Assembly (NCBI RefSeq): GCF_006345805.1
Contig: NW_021832263.1
Coordinates: forward strand, 1 to 64,000
DNA length: 64,000 nucleotides
Direction of reading: 5' to 3'
Source of the DNA: Octopus sinensis
Taxonomy: Eukaryota
The translations under genes were made by a program, and so were the position numbers. A model generated the notes under the pieces. The model made no database searches. It was not told the origin of the DNA and was given only the letters and a program-made list of their open reading frames with translations. Below, in pieces: positions 11,519-24,205 of this stretch. Within the stretch, counting starts at the first letter, position 1. Each line of letters opens with the position of its first letter.

Positions 11519-11690
11519 CATATATTCGACAGGCTTCTTTCAGTTTCCGTCTACCAAATCCACTCACAAGGCATTGGTCGGCCCGGGGCTATAGCAGAAG
11601 ACACTTGCCCAAGATGCCACGCAGTGGGACTGAACCCACAATCATGTGGTTGGTTAGCAAGCTACTTACCACACTGCCACTCCTGCGCCT
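11285..11690 (-). mobile_element. SINE family A (full length)
   Basis: Reverse complement of the 229-652 family. Confidence 0.9.
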
Positions 11691-12129
11691 ATATGTATAT
11701 ATGTTTTTATGTATGTACGTATGTTTTTATGTATGTATGTGTTTATGTATGTATGTATGTATGTATGTATGTATGTATGTATGTATGTATGTATGTATGT
11801 GTGTATGTATGTATGTATGTGTGTGTATGTATGTATGTGTGTATGTATGTATGTATGTGTGTGTGTATGTATGTATGTATGTGTGTGTATGTATGTGTGT
11901 ATGTATGTATGTATGTATGTGTGTGTATGTATGTATGTATGTATGTATGTGTATATGCATGTATGTATGTATGTATGTATGCATGTATGTATGTATGTAT
12001 GTATATATGTATGTTTTTATGTATGTATGTATGTATGTATGCATGTATGCATGTATGTATGTATGTATATATGTATGTATGTATGTATGTATGTGTGTAT
12101 GTATGCATGTATGTTTGTATGTATGTGTC

Positions 12130-12482
12130 TGTGCAAGACCCTGCCTCAGTAAAGCTGGACTCAAAGTCATCTTCGTAGTCATAAAACGAGACAGATGAGT
12201 GACAACCTGGCCACTGGTGGTGGTGTTACACACCATACTAATCATATCTGTCGGGCAAGTGGAAGAGAGTGTGATTCGGCAGGAGGACTTAAACGACATG
12301 CAAAGGTACATGAAGTCCAGTTACAACTACAGCCGTCTATTACCAATAAAGGTTTTAGCTGCCAGTTCTGTACAAGACATTGTAGATCTTTAGCTGGGCT
12401 AAAAAGTCACATTCGATCACAGCACCAATAACAGTTAAGCTTCGTGCAATGGCCATACTCGATAACGAGGGGGCAGCCATCA
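12130..12482 (+). mobile_element. RTE-type LINE 3' end with C2H2-like zinc fingers
   Basis: CARPCLSKAGLK(fs)SHLRSH, CRASGRECDSAGGLKRHAKVH, CQFCTRHCRSLAGLKSHIRSQH*; short 3' UTR ending GCCATCAT before (GTAT)n. Confidence 0.65.
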
Positions 12483-12516
12483 TGTATGTATGTATGTATG
12501 TATGTATGTATGTATG

Positions 12517-12548
<32 letters not shown>

Positions 12549-13184
12549 ATTTATTTACCTTATCCATGCACCTAGCAAATTAATTTTTGCTGAGCACTCC
12601 ATCAGAAACTATGAGAAATTTCAATAAGACGTTTTATAAACTCTATATCATACATACAAGTGCACTGGCTTTTAATTCATCCAAATATGAATATGAGCAT
12701 TCGTCAACATATATGAATTCTTGAAATTGACTCCAACCTCATTACTGTCTTAATTAACTAAGAATCTACTTATATACCATAATTATATATTTACGTATTA
12801 TCTCTAGCCTACGTGTTTTTATTTGTAGTTGTTATTTCTAGTCGATATCCATCTCATTATCCCGGTTAATATGTCTTATGAATGTTTGTACTGACATTAC
12901 ATTTGATATGTGTCAAGTATCTATCATCGTAAGATCAATATATAATCGCTTTTGTTCGGTTAGTTCTGCTGGCTGTCCATAGAATTTGCCTCTATATTCA
13001 TTAATGGCTCAGAGAATTTTGTTTTGTATATTTGCTAGCATATACTAGTCTTTTGTTTTGCATTTTACCCAGTAGTGTTTCTACTTAATATCACTCCAAA
13101 TCTACTCGTATACATAATTCTAGGGGATTGTTAATGAGTATATAGGAAAGACACTCATTTGATTGGTATGTGCATTAATAAACG

Positions 13185-13380
13185 TTTAAGTTTGTGTGTG
13201 AGTACTGTTTCTCTCCTTGTTTCTCTCCTTGTTTTTTTCTGTGTATCTTTCTGTCGAAGAGCGTAGGCTCGAAACGTAAAAGACTTTTTCTATTTCTATT
13301 CCTGAGCGTTACTAATACAATTGTTTGTTTGTACTCCACCTGCCTTCGTCTTTTGTTTATTTTCGTAAACCTTCCCGTTA
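13185..13380 (+). mobile_element. PLE-like short element with variant hammerhead scaffold, ending in (TA)n
   Basis: UCUUU-CUGUCGA-A-GAGC(GUAG)GCUC-GAA-ACGU-A-AAAGA at 13246-13283; second copy at 51167-51335. Confidence 0.65.
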
Positions 13381-13398
13381 TATATATATATATAATAT

Positions 13399-13442
<44 letters not shown>

Positions 13443-13835
13443 ATTATATATATATATATTCTTTTATTATTATACAAGTTACAGTTATTCGACTGCGGCG
13501 ATGCTCTGCTCGAGCACCACCTTAAAAAGGTTTTAGGAGAAGAAATCAATTTATTCTTCATAAACCTAGTACTTATTTTATGGGTCTTTTTTGCTGAACC
13601 GCTAAGTCACGAGGACATAAACATACCAACATCAGTTGTCAAGCGATGGTGTTGAGGACAAACACAGACACAAAGACACACATCCATAAATATACATACA
13701 TATTCATATATATATGTATGTATATATATGTATATATATATATGTATATATATATATATGTATATATATATATGTATGTATATGTATGCATGTATGTATG
13801 TATGCATGTATGTATGTATGTATATATATATACAT

Positions 13836-14245
13836 AGGCGTGGCTGTGTGGTAAGTAGCTTGCTTCCCAACTACATGGTTCTGGGTTCCGTCCCACTGCG
13901 TGGCACCTTGGGCGAGTGTCTTCTACTATAGCCTCGGACTGACCAATGCCTTGTGAGTGAATTTGGTAGACGGAAGCTGAAAGAAACCTGTCGTATATAT
14001 ATATGTATATATATATCATATGTGTGTGTGTGTGTGTCTGTGTTTGTTTTTATGACTCTATTTGTCCCCACCACCGCTTGACAACTAGTGTTGATATGTT
14101 TACGTCCTCGTAAACTAGCGGTTCGGCAAAGAGAGACTGCTAAAATAAAGACCATTCTTATAATTCCCGAGCTCGATTTATTCGACTAAAATCCTTTAAG
14201 GCGGTGCTCCAGCATGGCTGCAGTCAAATGATTGAAACAAGTAAA
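13836..14245 (+). mobile_element. SINE family A (full length, diverged)
   Basis: Same head, body and tail as 229-652. Confidence 0.9.
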
Positions 14246-14287
<42 letters not shown>

Positions 14288-14291
<4 letters not shown>

Positions 14292-14607
14292 AAATGAAAA
14301 AATAGAGAGGTAAGTAATAATTATTATTTATAATTAAAAATTGACAAACAACCCTTACAGCTGTTTCAATTCAGACCCTCAGAAAATAAATTAAATTACA
14401 AATTAAAAATTATTTGAATGTCGAATCTCTTCAGTTGTAGATAAAGATATACTAACATCTCTGAAGAGATTCGACTTTCAAGTAGTTTTTAATTTAATTA
14501 ATTAATTTTCTGACGGTTTGAATTGAAACAGCCGTAAGGGATGTTTGTCAATTGTTTTAATAAATAATAATTTATTAATTACCTCTCTATTTTCTCATTT
14601 TATTATA
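14288..14607. repeat. Foldback element: about 146-bp imperfect inverted repeat with hammerhead-like motif in each arm
   Basis: Arms 14288-14434 and 14461-14607, 26-nt spacer; read outward from the spacer each arm begins CTGAAGAGATTC and contains GAATTGAAACAGC(T/C)GTA. Confidence 0.85.
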
Positions 14608-14763
14608 ATAAATAAATATATGTAAACTACGGTTTATATAGTTACCTTGCAGTTGAATGTTAAGTGTAATGTCCAACATATTTTGTATAGGTAACTGACC
14701 AGTACTTAATAGGATTTTGCTATCCCCTGAATGAAGTTTGTAACCTTTAATTGTGGTTTTATA

Positions 14764-14795
<32 letters not shown>

Positions 14796-14879
14796 TATAT
14801 ATATGCATACATTGTGTGCGTGTATGTGTGTATTGTGTGTGCCTGCATGTATGTATATATATAATATAATATATATATA

Positions 14880-14917
<38 letters not shown>

Positions 14918-15214
14918 ATCACAGTTTGGTATGGTAAATCTTATATTAATTCCTCAAATTTTACTGAGAGGAAAAACCTATGGTATTGCTCTAGTTCTTA
15001 GCTGTGCAGGCTTTGCACATCCTACTAACTGTTAAAGTAGGTTTAGACCTTCTAGTATCCGCCAATCGATGTCGTAATGCACAGCATTTTTCTTTAATGT
15101 CCACGCCATACCACCTCATACACAACGGCCTCTGTATTGCAGCACCTGCATGTGCATTTTCCTCTGCTTCAGGTTTGGACCTTCACACTAATAATTGCGA
15201 AAAGTGTCCCTTAA

Positions 15215-15434
15215 CCCTTTTGTTACCGTATTTATTTTGAGATGCTCTGTGTTTGCCTCAATTACTTTAAATATAACAAAGAATTTAGTAAAATAACTTC
15301 GTTATCATTAAGCTAGTGTTAGGAACATAAATTGTGACTAAGGTTTGGTGAAAGATTTTTATTAAAAGCTGATAAAAACAAGACATTTGTACTCAGAGCC
15401 AGAGCCAGTTTCAGGCAGGTTGGTATCAAAAGGG
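15215..15434. mobile_element. piggyBac-type MITE
   Basis: TTAA-CCCTTTTGTTACC ... GGTATCAAAAGGG-TTAA. Confidence 0.85.
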
Positions 15435-15465
15435 TTAAGAATCGTTTCTCTGTTATATATTTTAA

Positions 15466-15686
15466 CCCTTTTTTTATCATATTTCTGTTGAGGTTATTCA
15501 GTGTCTCTTTCAATGACTTTAAATATAACAAAGAATTTTGTAAAATAACTTAGTTATCATTCAGCTAGTGTTAGGAACATAAATTGTGACTAAGATTTAG
15601 TGGAAGGTTTTAATCCAAAACTTATGAAAACAAGACATTTGTACTCATAGCCAGAGGCAGTTTCAGCTGGGTTGGTAACGAAAGGG
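15466..15686. mobile_element. piggyBac-type MITE, second adjacent copy
   Basis: TTAA-CCCTTT ... GGTAACGAAAGGG-TTAA; internally homologous to 15215-15434. Confidence 0.85.
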
Positions 15687-15805
15687 TTAAGGTGAGTGAA
15701 TTCATTATTTTTCTGTATCTACGTTTTTGGGAGAAGTGTTAAACAACTAAACTGAGAAAGAGACAATCTATACAAGTTTTTACGTTCAGTGCAAATAAAG
15801 ATTTA

Positions 15806-16010
15806 AAGTGGCTGTGTGGTAAGTAGCTTGCTAACCAACCACATGTTCAGTCCCACTGCGTGACATCTTGGGCAAGTGTCTCCTGCTCAGGAAAGAAGGA
15901 AAGAAGGAGGGTCTAACGTTTCGAGCGGAGCTCTTCGTCGGAAACATAGGAGAAGAAAAGATCCAGAGAAGGGAAGGCAGAGGAAAAAAATCGCCAACGG
16001 TACACACGCG
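15806..16010. mobile_element. SINE A head (+) abutting a hammerhead-element fragment (-)
   Basis: 15806-15880 SINE A head; 15880-16010 matches 655-850, with core mutated to CCGACGA (15912-15945). Confidence 0.75.
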
Positions 16011-16380
16011 GTCGTATGTATGCATGTATGTATGTACATATATAAATAGATAGATACATAAATAGATAAACAGGCAGAGAGACTGACAGGCAGACAAATA
16101 GATAGAGAATCGCACGATGCAGCGTTTAATTTAATTTACACATATTCAATGATATTTCTGTTTTTAATTTTGTTAAATCGAAAAACGGTAACGCGAAACT
16201 CGGAGTAACCACTGTGTAGAATCTGGTTGAATTACTATGATTATTGTTAACTCTATTCATTTGAGAACTTTTCTTGGTGTTTGTGTATATAGGCGCGCGC
16301 GCATTCTGAGTGTCTTTGTAACTGTCTGAATTATAAAAAGACAATCCAGGATGTCTTTTGAAAACCAATGAAGACATACC

Positions 16381-16423
<43 letters not shown>

Positions 16424-16482
16424 CTGTCTGTCTGTCTGTCTGACTGTTTGTTAGTCTGTACGTGTGTAAGTGTGCATGTGTC

Positions 16483-16514
<32 letters not shown>

Positions 16515-16712
16515 TGTATGTATGTATGTATGTATGTGTGTGTGTATGTATGTTTGTATGTTATGTATGCATGCATATATATGTGAGTATGTGTTTATAT
16601 GTATGTACGTATGTATGTATGCATATATATGTGAGTATGTGTGTGTATGTATATACGTATGTATGCATATATATGTATGTGTGTATCTATGTATGCATAT
16701 ATAATATGTGAG

Positions 16713-16745
<33 letters not shown>

Positions 16746-17516
16746 GTGTGTATGTATGTACATATATATGCATATATAATATGTATGTGTGTATGTATGT
16801 ATGTATGTATGTATGTATGTATGTATGTGTGTGTGTGTGTGTATGTATGTACGTATGTATGCATGCATATATAATATGTGAGTATATGTGTATGTGTGTG
16901 CGCATACGTGTGTCAGAGAAAGAAATAAAATAAAAGTGAAAAAAAATGTTTTAATTCTGAATTCAATCGATCGATGAGTCTTGGAGATAACACGAATAAA
17001 AGGAAACAGATTCCACCAAAGTCTAACAGAAAAAAAAGGAAGTCATATGGCAGGCACTGAGACGGTTCTTTAGATGAATATATTTTGATAGAAGATAACA
17101 CTTTAAGAAAATAATCCGTTATCAGGTTATAAGCAGTGGAAGCTTCCAACAAGGATATGTAAGACTAGCAGAAATTACGTAAAGTTCTACTCAAGAATAA
17201 AAAATAAAAAGGATTAAGAAACCTTTCTGAGATAAACAGATGAGGAAGCGTAAAAGAATTTGGTCGAGATTATGAATGAAAAGATAAAAAGCAATAGCCA
17301 TCTATATATCATACTTAATGCATAAACACCGTCGTTGACAGGCAAGTTATTGTAGTTTTCGTCCGCGATAGAATATTTTTCTTATGGACGTGCTGTGTTT
17401 AAACCACATTGTATATCAGTAGGAGTAAAAAGATTCGACCCGCCAGTCTGCAGGAAGTTTTTCGCCAAAGGCATTTTAGCCTTGTTGCGCATTGTGAATG
17501 ACGTGTACTCACAATC

Positions 17517-17977
17517 TGCCACTGGCAGAATCGTTAGCAACGCCGGGCGAAATGCTTAGCGCTATTTCGTCTGCCGCTACGTTCTAAGTTCAAATTTCGC
17601 CGAGGTCGACTTTGCCTTTCATCTTTTAGGAGTCGATAAATTAAGTACCAGTTACGCACTGGGGTCGATATAATCGACTTAATCCGCTTCTCTGTCCTTG
17701 TTTGTCCCCTCTGTGTGTAAAGAACTAGCTTTCAATATAGGAAGCAATGTATAATATATACACTGTTTCTTTACTACCCACAAGGGGTCAAACACAGAGG
17801 GGACAAACAAGGACAGACAAACGGATTAAGTCGATTACATCGACCCCAGTGCGTAACTGGTACTTAATTTATCGACCCCGAAAGGATGAAAGGCAAAGTC
17901 GACCTCGGCGGAATTTGAACTTAGAACGCAACGGCAGACGAAATACGGCTACGCATTTCGCCCGGCGTGCTAACGGT
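17517..17977. mobile_element. Two SINE family B copies in inverted (tail-to-tail) orientation
   Basis: 17517-17722 plus and 17765-17977 minus, about 40 bp apart. Confidence 0.9.
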
Positions 17978-19960
17978 TGGTGTTGCGAGTAGCCATCAGG
18001 CTGAATAAATAAAACAGTTATATGCGACCGAAGTAGCACTACAGTTTTCGTCCGAGATAAAATCTCTTATGAATATGCTGTATTTAAATCATAATATACA
18101 TCGGAGGAAGACGAAAAATGGTCTCGGCAACAGCCAGCGAGAATATCAAATAAAATGTTTTTTTTTATTTTTATAAAGATGGAGTCTCTGTGTAATTAAT
18201 CTCAGTAATTTTTTTAAATGCAAAATGGTTCGTTGTTACAAATTTCCGTCTACTGCATCTCGAAACGGCTACAAGCCAAATGTTTCTATGGTGAGCTAGC
18301 TTATCGGTCGCTGCAGTCCACATTGACATCTCTTTCTTAGCACGAGCCAATGGAGCTACGGATCGGATCTATTGATGGAGCCCGTTTCCAGCTACCTATG
18401 TGGTCGATCTGCCAGAAATAGGTCATATAGACCCGACATACAGAAAGAAGTTTGAGAAAGAACCGGGATGGTCAGAGCTGACATAAATTTGATCATAATT
18501 ATGCTCCTTCAGAGCTCACTTAAGGCTAAATAATAGTATCAATAACAAAAACAACGATCGCAGCCGCAACAACAGTAGATTCTAGTTTAAAACATCAAAA
18601 CTATATCAGAGAACAAAGCCAGTAAGTCTTATCAGATCAAGCAGACAGAAGAATTGACCTCTAGTGTGAAGATCGAATGATTTAAGGCTATATGCATGAG
18701 ATGGTAATCAACCAAACAGTTTCCGACTCTGTTTAAGGACTCGGAATTGTTTTCTGAAAAGCCTTTCGGTTAAAAATCATGTGTTAAAACAACATTTAAA
18801 AGTGGTAAACGAATACAATTGCACACAATATATTTTGGTTGATAAAGTACAAAGATGAAATGATTACAGAATGAACAAAAGAACCAGTGTTTATAAATCA
18901 ATAAAATTTGATAGAACAGAGAAGCCCTGAAATGCGTGAAGAACCAAATCGAAAGTAATATTATTGGCGAATCAGATTAGGATTCAACACAAAATGAAAA
19001 TACCAAAATATTGGGAAATGATATACAAGAAATCAGTTAGCGCTTTAATACAATTACTGTAGTTAATTATTGCAATTAACTGTTGTATAAGTTAACTGGT
19101 AGGAAGAGGCGATAAAATGAAACAAGAAGAATAATAGTAGCTTTCAGGATAGATCAACGAACGTCAGACATGGAGACGCTGGAATTATTTGTAATAGCTG
19201 AGAGGAACTTCTACAAGATTCCTATGCTATAATAAAGGGATGGGGTTTCTAGAAAGAAGTGTATATATAAAAAAAAACTGTTATAAGATGTATATATATA
19301 TATATTATATATATATATATATATACGATAAGTTTACAAAAATTGTCTAAAAGAAAACAGAATAGATCAATAGAAATAGCTACAGAACACGAATAGAAAG
19401 AAGAAGAAAAAACGTCTTCCATTTTCAGGAGGCAACACAAATACACAGATGTAACAATAGAAATGTTTACCAAATGACAATGAAGAGACGAAAATGGAAT
19501 AGACAGAGATAAAAGAACAAGGAATAAAGAGATATGGAAGAGAAATTGCAGAAGATAACAAGACTGAACGGAGAGGATACTGACGAATACAAACATTTGT
19601 GTTACTTCAAAAGCTCGAGGTTAAAAGAAGACATTGAATGAGTTTTAATCGTCTCGGATGAGCAAGACGCCTCCTTTGAACATGACAGAAAGCAAAAGGT
19701 AAATAACGAAAGTAGGATTTGTAGTGATTATGAAGAGAGGGGAGACGTCTTTGTTTTTAAATTCTGGATCTTGATTAAACTAAATAAAATAAACGACTTA
19801 TCGGGATTGGTAGTATGTTCGTAGACAGGTGACTGTGTTGAAGTAAGGTGGTTGAGGTACACACACACAGACACAGTAGCAACAGCAAAACAGTGAAAGA
19901 AAACAACGAACCTACCATAATCTGGGACATGAAAATAAAGAAAAATTAAAGTAAAACTGG

Positions 19961-20380
19961 GGATCTTTTCGGTTTGAACGGCAGTTTTTTAAAATAATTT
20001 CCACGTAACTAAACACTTTTAAACTTCGTATACTGGTAGAATGTGTTTATAAAACATCTTTTTCTCTTGGCTTTATGAGAAAATTCTATAGTTTGTAAAT
20101 ATTTGTTGTTTTTTCTTCTTCAATTTCTGCAATTTCAACCAATCAATGACGTCTATTGAAGTGAAAACATTCTGTGCCGTATGAATATGTCCCTCGTTTA
20201 AGAAGCAGATTGGGTTTATTTACATTTGTGAAGAAAAATAAGATACCCTTCCCCCACCTCTAACCCTACCCTAACCCTAAAGCAGATTGAAATGCAATAG
20301 ATCGATACTAGGGTCATAATTATGGGTGACAATTTCATATGACACCGTTAGAAAAAACTGCCGTTCAAACCGAAAAGATG
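19961..20380. mobile_element. MITE with about 27-bp TIRs
   Basis: ATCTTTTCGGTTTGAACGGCAGTTTTT / AAAAACTGCCGTTCAAACCGAAAAGAT; internal CTAACCCTACCCTAACCCTAA. Confidence 0.8.
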
Positions 20381-20614
20381 CTAAACCTGAACTGCTATTA
20401 TTGCTAAGAAGTACTAAGCCAAACACTAGTATCGCACACGTATGATAATAATAATCCTTTTTTTACTATAGGTACAAGACCTGCATTTTTGAGGGAGGGG
20501 CTTATCGATTCCAACGTCCACAGTGCTTAACTAGTACTTATTTCAACGATCTCAAAAGGGCAAAAGGCAAAGTCAATCTCAGCGGAATTAGAACTCAGAA
20601 TGTAAATTATTATT

Positions 20615-21026
20615 GGCAATCTTTCGTCTCTAGTAGACCTTTCCGTCGATTTCCGTAAAAAATATTTTTTTTTTTACATATGGGCTTGCGGGAACTTTTG
20701 AAGTAATGAGAGCGAAAGAGAAAGCTATTTTATGACGAGGGAAGTTCTTTTGAAGTTACCGTGCATGGCAAGCATTGATGTACATGTGTGTGTGTGTGTT
20801 TGATGGGGTGTGGGAGACAGATAGTATGTTGTGTAAGTGAAGTGCTTCTGTTAGTGTGTGTGAAGTGACAGAGTAATGTGTGAAAGAAAGAGATAACTGA
20901 AATTTTTTACTCGGTGTATGTGTATATGTATGTATATTACTTCAAAAGTTCCCGCAAGCCCATATGTAAAAAAAATATTTTTTTACGGAAATCGACGGAA
21001 AGGTCTACTAGAGACGAAAGATCGCC
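20615..21026. mobile_element. MITE with about 90-bp TIRs (GGC...GCC ends, PIF/Harbinger-like context)
   Basis: Near-perfect inverted arms about 20615-20707 and 20936-21026; TTA-rich flanks. Confidence 0.8.
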
Positions 21027-21109
<83 letters not shown>

Positions 21110-21117
21110 ATCATTAT

Positions 21118-21675
21118 TGAGTGAGAAAGCGGTGAATGTCGTCAAAGTGACACTGGGGTAAAATATACGAAGCCCAGTATACCCATCATGACTACCCGTT
21201 TGATAAGGGTACACCAGGCACATGCATCACAACCATATGTGTGCGACATGGTGATCTCATATCAAGATAAACAGCACATAACCTTGCAGGTGGGGCCCAG
21301 TTAGAATTTTCTTCAGGTCGAGTAGCCCATCCCGCTCAAAAGGTCCCTGAATAAGGGTTGTTTAAGGATGTTGAACGAAACACCCATGTTTCCAGAGGTG
21401 AATTATTGAAACCCCAAAGAATCCCTCTCAACACATAGCTATGATGCTCCCCCACTACTTCTGCTCGTGATCATAGATGCACAAATTGTCAGCCACCAAG
21501 GGACATGCTCAACTGGTTAAGGTCAAACAACAGACAAGCAAATCTGTGGTATTGAGCAGAATATTTGCTGTAGCCCATCTTTTATACCAAGACAAAACAA
21601 CGTACATGATAACACTTCCAATCAGTTAAGATCAGAAGCCATGAGAGCCACTGCCTGGTACTGCATCAGGGCATT
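21118..21675 (-). mobile_element. About 550-bp non-coding element embedded in a (TAA)n/(TGA)n array
   Basis: Complex sequence with no TIRs, no ORF and no tRNA head, bounded on both sides by trinucleotide repeats; strand inferred from repeat polarity. Confidence 0.55.
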
Positions 21676-21692
21676 TATCATCATCATCGTCG

Positions 21693-21757
<65 letters not shown>

Positions 21758-21764
21758 TCCTTTT

Positions 21765-23100
21765 TTATCACAGTTGTTATTGCAGCCTACGGTACCATGC
21801 TATACGTTTTCAGCTCTGCAATACTTTCCTGATTATTTTGGCCGTGCCACGGAGCCAAACCTTTTGTAACAGTTCTACTGGGTACTCTATTCCAGTTTCC
21901 TTTATATATCCTCTTGAAGCCTTCTGATTCTGTTCCCAAGGACCCAACAATAATTGGCACTATCTTCACTTTCTTCATTTTCCATAGCCGGGCTATTTCG
22001 TATTTAAGAGGGTTGGATCTATCTATCTTTTTGCCTTCCTTCTTGACTATTCGTGTGGCAAAGGGGCATGCAACATCGACTATATAGCATATGTGGTGCA
22101 CCTTGTCCACCATCACTAGGTCCGGTCTGTTATGCTCTAGAACCTGATCTGTTGGGATTGGGAAATCCCAGAGGATTTTACAAGTCTCCGACTCCGCCAC
22201 ACACTGCGGTTTGTGCTCATACCACGTCTTACCTCTCTCTAGCCCCCAGTTTTCACACAGTTTCTACTGGAGCACTTTCGCCACCTGGTCGTGTTGCCAC
22301 ACATTGTAGTGGTTTTGGGCAAGTCTAGGGCATTCTTTCGTGATATGGGCAATGGTTTCATCCACTCTATTGCAGATGCAGTACAGCGGAGACACTTGCT
22401 CATTCTTAAGGCTGACCCTCCAGTTCGTGGCTTGGTCTTGTACGGCCAGTATAATGCTCTCGGCCTCTTTTTTAAGGTTCCTTTCATCAGCCAATACCAC
22501 CTATTTTTCCAGCAACTTCTGTTGTGGTCGTATAGAATTGATTGTGTAGTTCTTGCGAAATTCTTCTTCATGTCCTTTATGTACATCTTCCTTTGTTTTT
22601 CCCTTCTTTTCTCTGCTCTCAATACTCCCTCGTTCCTAAATGTCACTAACAAGGTTTCCTTACCTTAGTCTAGTTATCTTATTAAGCACTCGAGTTCGAT
22701 ACGCACGCAGTCTACCACACTTATCAGTCCCCTTCCTCCATTTGCTCTCTTCATGTATAGGCGATCAGTGTCTGCACGTGGATGATGAGCTCCATGCATC
22801 GTTAGGAGCATTCTTGACTTCCTGCCTTTCTCCTTTAGCTCCTTCTCTCTTCAATGACAAACCATAGTACTGCGACTGCGCGCGAATTTATTGCCGAAAT
22901 GTTTCATGGCATTTAGCTTTGAAGCCAATATTTTTCTCACTCGCCACAGATACTCTCTTTTTGTCTTTTCCTTCATTTTCGTGGTGTTTGATTCCATCTG
23001 TTTCAAGTATTCTCAGGCATTTATAACTGTACTGAGGTTGAATTGCCTTCATCATTTCACCACTTGACAAATTTCCTCGTCTCATCCCCATCGTAGAAAC
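21765..23100 (-). mobile_element. R4/Dong-like non-LTR retrotransposon relic (RT end, CCHC knuckle, restriction-like endonuclease)
   Basis: YSYKCLRILETDGIKH, NLKKEAESIILAVQDQA, CICNRVDETIAHITKECPRLAQ, ILWDFPIPTDQVLEHNRPDLVMVDK; 3' end runs into (TAA)n. Confidence 0.8.
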
Positions 23101-24205
23101 TAACAAATTAAAAGACCAGGAAGCATCTTAGAATTGGCACAACAAGGATGGCCTAAAAAAGAATATTGAAAGCCTAATCATCGCTGCTCAGAATTAGGCA
23201 TTGAATACCAACTCAGTGAAAATGGATATATACAACACAAGTGCAACAAACCTCTTCAGAACGTGTGGGAAGAGGGTTGAAAGCGTGACTCACAAGGTAG
23301 CCCCAAACCTTCACTGGATTCTATGCCGGAAGTATGGATATGAGGTAACGGCTGCTTGGTACCAACATACATCGGAAAAATTAGTGGAGGTGCAATGGCC
23401 CAGTGGTTAGGGCAGCGGACTCGCGGTAGTAGGATCGCGATTTCGATTCCCAGACCGGGCGTTGTGAGTGTTTATTGAGCGAAAACACCTAAAGCTCCAC
23501 GAGGCTCCGGCAGGAGATGGTGGTGATCCCTGCTGTACTCTTTCACCACAACTTTCTCTCACTCTTACTTCCTGTTTCTGTTGTACCTGTACTTCAAAGG
23601 GCCGAGCCTTGTCACTCTCTGTGTCAAGCTGAATATCCCCGAGAACTACGTTAAGGGTAAACGTGTCTGTGGAGTGCTCAGCCACTTACACGTTAATTTC
23701 ACGAGCAGGCTGTTCCGTTGATTCGGATCAACCGGAACCCTCATCGTCGTAACCGACGGAGTGCTTCCACATCGGAAAATGTAATGGACGAATGGGGAAG
23801 GCAAAAATCGTTTGGGACTTTGACTTCCAAACACACAAGGTGCTAGAGCACCGAAGGCCGGATATAATAGCCTTTAGGAGGGACAAACAAGAGTGCCTAA
23901 TAATCGACGTGGCAGTGACAAGAGATCATCATATCAACATGAAAGAGAAAAGTTTGATAAATGTGGAGACCTGAGATATGGCAGCTACGAGAGTCAAACA
24001 TAAAGGTTGTTCTTATTGTCATCGGAGCATTAGGTTCAATACCACCCAACCTAAAAAAAAAAAAAAAATCGGCATTACATGGAACTGCACGCATATTCGG
24101 TAAAGTACTGGCTGTCTGAGGTCCTTGTTGTGACTTAACAGACAGCACAAACCCCCGGTAAACACAAAGTCTTCAATCAACAACATCCCTATATTAGATG
24201 CTGTG

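Noticed and set aside
23386-23460. tRNA genes (also 50324-50396, 55066-55143, 55323-55403)
   Set aside because: A and B boxes are present but acceptor stems do not pair and the sequences continue into SINE bodies; tRNA-derived heads only
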